A stretch of 18,678 bases of DNA from PVC group bacterium (GTDB lineage Bacteria; GCA-001730085; JADFSZ01). How positions within the stretch are numbered: position 1 is the stretch's first letter; each line of letters begins with the position of its first letter. The stretch lies in NCBI GenBank assembly GCA_022560555.1, contig JADFSZ010000010.1, positions 1 through 18,678 on the forward strand, read 5' to 3'. The translations under genes and the position numbers were made by a program. Below the pieces are notes generated by a model. The model was not told the origin of the DNA and searched no databases. It was given only the letters and a program-made list of their open reading frames with translations. This document shows positions 16,219 through 18,678 of this stretch, in pieces.

Positions 16219-16752
16219 CTAATCACATAAAACCACATCATCCGCATCAATTTCAACACTAGCGCTTTGCTGGATTAAATCAATGTTGATGACCAAGCGA
16301 TACTTACCCTTTTTGCGTTCAAGAACTCCTGTGATCCCTTTAAAAACCCCGCGTCGAACCTCAACACGTCTACCGGGGGTATAGTGAGGATAAGGATCAA
16401 TCTCCACTTTTAGCTCAACAAACTTACGAATTGAGTCAATTTGCTCCACTGGAACGCTTATTGGTGATGGTTTTCCGACAATTTGAACCACTCCATTCGT
16501 AGTCAAAATTTCTCTTTTTTGAGAAATTTTTGTAAAAACGAACAGATATCCCGGAAACAGGGGGAACGTAACCATTTTTTTGCGGTCAGACCATTTTCTC
16601 TGGATTTTCCTTACAGGCAAAAATATTGTGACCCCCTTTTTGCCTAAGAGCTTCTCAACTATTTTTTCATGGCGGGCCTTCACACGGAGGACATACCACT
16701 TTTGATCCTGGGATGCTTGTGTCACAGGCCGGATTCTTTCGATGGGGTTCAC
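16219..16752 (-). CDS. specialised NusG paralogue (RfaH/UpxY/TaA/LoaP-like transcription antiterminator)
   Basis: 177 aa. NGN domain: WYVLRVKARHEK...RKWSDRKKMVTFPLFPGYLFV. KOW motif: GRRVEVRRGVFKGITGVLE. Not in a secE-nusG-rplK context. The only upstream in-frame start is a GTG at 16752, with an in-frame TAA 9 nt upstream. An alternative GTG lies at 16725. Confidence 0.82.
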   Translation of the reverse strand: MNPIERIRPVTQASQDQKWYVLRVKARHEKIVEKLLGKKGVTIFLPVRKIQRKWSDRKKMVTFPLFPGYLFVFTKISQKREILTTNGVVQIVGKPSPISVPVEQIDSIRKFVELKVEIDPYPHYTPGRRVEVRRGVFKGITGVLERKKGKYRLVINIDLIQQSASVEIDADDVVLCD

Positions 16753-16757
16753 GTAGC

Positions 16758-16786
16758 TTTATATAGATTATTTTAACACATTTGAA
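16758..16786 (-). promoter_or_regulatory. candidate promoter immediately upstream of the NusG-paralogue gene
   Basis: TTCAAA (16786-16781), a 17-nt spacer, TATAAA (16763-16758), then only 5 nt (GCTAC) before the GTG at 16752. Confidence 0.3.
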
Positions 16787-16801
16787 GGGTAAAATGCAGG
16801 C

Positions 16802-17521
16802 TTAGGCGAGAACAATATCCGCAAATGCAAAAGGACCTTTTTGGACACACCCGGACACATGATACCGAATGGCTTCCCGGAATAGAGGGCCATCCACCAC
16901 AAACGAATGAAACTCCCCCTTCTCTCCACACGGATCCACATCCGGAGGAAGAGCCTTAAGCCATTCATCATCAATTAAACGTCCCAGAAAATCTACCGAT
17001 AGCTTTCGCGTGTCCACACAACTAACCAAGGCTTTTATACCACACCTCATCATTTCCAAGATCAGATCATCCGTCGGCCTCAGCCACAACGGAAATAAAG
17101 GTTTGATCCGGGTCGAAGATAACTGTTTGATACGATAATCACGGACATCTTCCAAAAACAAATCCCCGAACGCCATATGTTCAACTCCTGCCGCTTCGGC
17201 TTCGTGAATAATCTTCATCATAGATTTCTCATATTCTTCATTGGACGCTTCATCGGGAATTTCAACAATATCGATCGGAATTCCAAGACATTCAGCCTGT
17301 CTTCTAAGAAGTTTTAAAGAAATCCCATGCATAAATACCCGTTTGTATTTCTGATTAATCGTCGTTACCAAGCGATCAACATGATACTCTTTTTTCTTTT
17401 TTAATTCCTGAAGCATATACATGCTGTCTTTTCCCGTACTCCAGCTAACAAATAAGCCTGTCTTCTTAGAAACTTTAAGCGCTGAGTTTTTTTCGGCTTG
17501 ATCATAATTTTTCGTTTTCAT
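16802..17521 (-). CDS. Dph6/MJ0570-related PP-loop ATP pyrophosphatase (ATP_bind_4-type adenine nucleotide alpha-hydrolase)
   Basis: FVSWSTGKDSMYML is a variant of the SGGKDS PP-loop. About 240 aa, as in MJ0570-domain proteins. The ORF track start is a GTG at 17539 inside a tandem repeat. The first ATG is at 17521 (MKTKNYDQ...). Either could be the start. Confidence 0.78.
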   Translation of the reverse strand: MKTKNYDQAEKNSALKVSKKTGLFVSWSTGKDSMYMLQELKKKKEYHVDRLVTTINQKYKRVFMHGISLKLLRRQAECLGIPIDIVEIPDEASNEEYEKSMMKIIHEAEAAGVEHMAFGDLFLEDVRDYRIKQLSSTRIKPLFPLWLRPTDDLILEMMRCGIKALVSCVDTRKLSVDFLGRLIDDEWLKALPPDVDPCGEKGEFHSFVVDGPLFREAIRYHVSGCVQKGPFAFADIVLA

Positions 17522-17555
17522 CTTAAAATTGTTTTTCACTTAAAATGTTTTTCAT
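17522..17555 (-). repeat. tandem 17/16-nt repeat containing a 10-codon upstream ORF before the PP-loop gene
   Basis: Plus strand reads cttaaaattgtttttca (17522-17538) then cttaaaatgtttttca (17539-17554). The minus-strand uORF runs 17555-17523 (ATG AAA AAC ATT TTA AGT GAA AAA CAA TTT TAA = MKNILSEKQF*). It ends 1 nt before the ATG at 17521. Confidence 0.7.
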
Positions 17556-17571
17556 TAATATTGTTCTTTCC

Positions 17572-18594
17572 CTAAAATTGGCCATCTTCACTCATCTTTT
17601 TCTTTAGAAGCCATATAAAAAATGGCCCTCCAAGCATGGTCGTGATGCAACCGACAGGAATTTCAATCGGAGCAATAACTGTTCTAGCCAAAGTATCGCA
17701 TACCACAAGAAGGATAGCGCCTCCGATAGCAGAAATCCAAAGAAGCAGCCTGTGATCCGCACCGAACATCATGCGCATAATATGCGGCACAATGAGGCCT
17801 ACAAATCCGATAGGTCCCGTCAAAGATACTACAGAAGCAATCACAAGAGATGAGGCAAAAAGGAGAAGCCACTGGACCCGTTCGGCATTGAGCCCAAGAC
17901 CCGAGGCCATCTCTGTGCCAAGAGAAAGTATATTAAGCGATTTCGCGTGCCGGAAGATGATAAAAGACCCTATCGCTAAAAAAGGCAAGATCCCTAAAAT
18001 CTGCCCATAGCTGACAACATCAATCCCTCCCATAAGCCAAATTACAATACGCCGCGTACTGAGAAAATCAGAAAAGAAATTGAGGAGAGTGATAAAACTC
18101 GACACAAAAAAATTGATCGTTACGCCCGCCAAGAGAATGGTCGCTGTTGATAGCTGGTGTCTTCGTTTAGCAATAAGAACCATTATTCCCATCACAGACA
18201 TAGCTCCCAAAAACGCCGAAAAGGACACAATGGAATAAGCTCCTAAAACAAATGGACCTCCAAAACGAACAGCTAAAACAGCCCCCAACGAAGCCCCGCC
18301 TGAAATCCCAATCGTAAAAGGTGTCGCCAGGGGGTTTTTAAGAAGGGCTTGTAGAACAACACCGCTCATGGCCAAAACCGCTCCCGCCAAACACGCTAGT
18401 ATGACCCGTGGAAGACGAATCTGAAAAAATATCACGGTTTGGGCTGTCCCTGATTGAATATGGCTCCAATTAAACACATCCGAGAACAGCAGTTTTGTAG
18501 GTCCAATAAAAGGCGCGAAAGCCATGACGGTCAAAAGAATCACGAGCCCCGCCATGATGCAGGTAATATGATAAGTTTTAACATCATTTTTCAT
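17572..18594 (-). CDS. FecCD-family ABC transporter permease (iron-chelate/cobalamin uptake type)
   Basis: 340 aa and highly hydrophobic, with about 9-10 transmembrane segments. FecCD/BtuC-like motifs: LRLPRVILACLAGAVLAMSGVVLQALLKNPLATPFTIGISGGASLG, and C-terminal IPVGCITTMLGGPFFIWLL. Confidence 0.9.
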   Translation of the reverse strand: MKNDVKTYHITCIMAGLVILLTVMAFAPFIGPTKLLFSDVFNWSHIQSGTAQTVIFFQIRLPRVILACLAGAVLAMSGVVLQALLKNPLATPFTIGISGGASLGAVLAVRFGGPFVLGAYSIVSFSAFLGAMSVMGIMVLIAKRRHQLSTATILLAGVTINFFVSSFITLLNFFSDFLSTRRIVIWLMGGIDVVSYGQILGILPFLAIGSFIIFRHAKSLNILSLGTEMASGLGLNAERVQWLLLFASSLVIASVVSLTGPIGFVGLIVPHIMRMMFGADHRLLLWISAIGGAILLVVCDTLARTVIAPIEIPVGCITTMLGGPFFIWLLKKKMSEDGQF

Positions 18595-18676
18595 AATTCA
18601 CCGCCGGTTGACAAGTAATGAATTTTTTATGATTTTTTGGATCCGTATGAACCTGAACCTTGATTCCGTAGGCATC
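18584..18676 (-). CDS. possible 3' end of an upstream co-directional gene; frame uncertain
   Basis: Two minus-strand frames are open to the window edge. One gives ...DAYGIKVQVHTDPKNHKKFITCQPAVNYEK* and overlaps the permease ATG by 11 nt. The other ends at TGA 18600-18598. There is too little sequence to identify a product. Confidence 0.25.
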   Translation of the reverse strand, partial: DAYGIKVQVHTDPKNHKKFITCQPAVNYEK

Positions 18677-18678
18677 CT

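Noticed and set aside
16768-16974. 68-aa minus-strand ORF overlapping the 3' end of the PP-loop gene
   Set aside because: It is an alternative frame of the same strand within a well-supported CDS, with no SD and no motifs.
1-18678. Screened for CRISPR arrays, tRNA/rRNA genes, IS elements, integrases, phage genes and classical defence genes
   Set aside because: There are no repeat-spacer periodicity, no tRNA-like cloverleaf candidates in the few spacers longer than 80 nt, and no transposase, recombinase, restriction, reverse-transcriptase or toxin-like translations in any frame. The COG1373 ATPase is the only protein with even a loose defence-island association.

Overview
18.7 kb of bacterial chromosome, gene-dense, with every gene but one on the minus strand. 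I found no rRNA, tRNA, CRISPR array, transposase, integrase or terminal inverted repeats. All calls rest on reading the translations and sequence by eye; no database search was run.

Reading along the minus strand (high to low coordinates):
- Possible 3' end of an upstream gene, then a FecCD-type ABC permease and a Dph6/MJ0570-like PP-loop ATP pyrophosphatase.
- A specialised NusG paralogue (RfaH/UpxY-like), followed by five tightly packed genes: a COG1373-type AAA+ ATPase, a GlcD-like FAD-linked oxidase, a 148-aa secreted orphan, an isochorismatase-family hydrolase, and a DCC (CxxC) domain fused to a lipase-maturation-factor-like membrane protein.
- One plus-strand gene, an SRAP/YedK peptidase.
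- hemH and hemW.
- A compact pyrimidine operon, pyrR-pyrB-pyrC-pyrK::pyrD-pyrF-pyrE, preceded by a recognisable PyrR-binding loop and intrinsic terminator attenuator. It has no carAB or pyrP, and pyrK and pyrD are fused into one ORF.
- The 5' part of an isocitrate/isopropylmalate dehydrogenase-family gene, which runs off the left edge.

The pyr, heme and IDH part is ordinary housekeeping. The best candidate for something undescribed is the NusG-paralogue-led cluster (about 16.8 to 10.4 kb), whose gene content does not match the polysaccharide or polyketide operons these antiterminators usually control. It includes the bacterial DCC-LMF fusion of unknown function.

A recurring sequence-level oddity is short tandem repeats carrying extra ATG codons and mini-ORFs directly upstream of three gene starts (about 4.39, 12.3 and 17.54 kb).

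Several ORF-track starts, which are the longest ATG/GTG/TTG options, were moved to downstream ATGs that have Shine-Dalgarno support.
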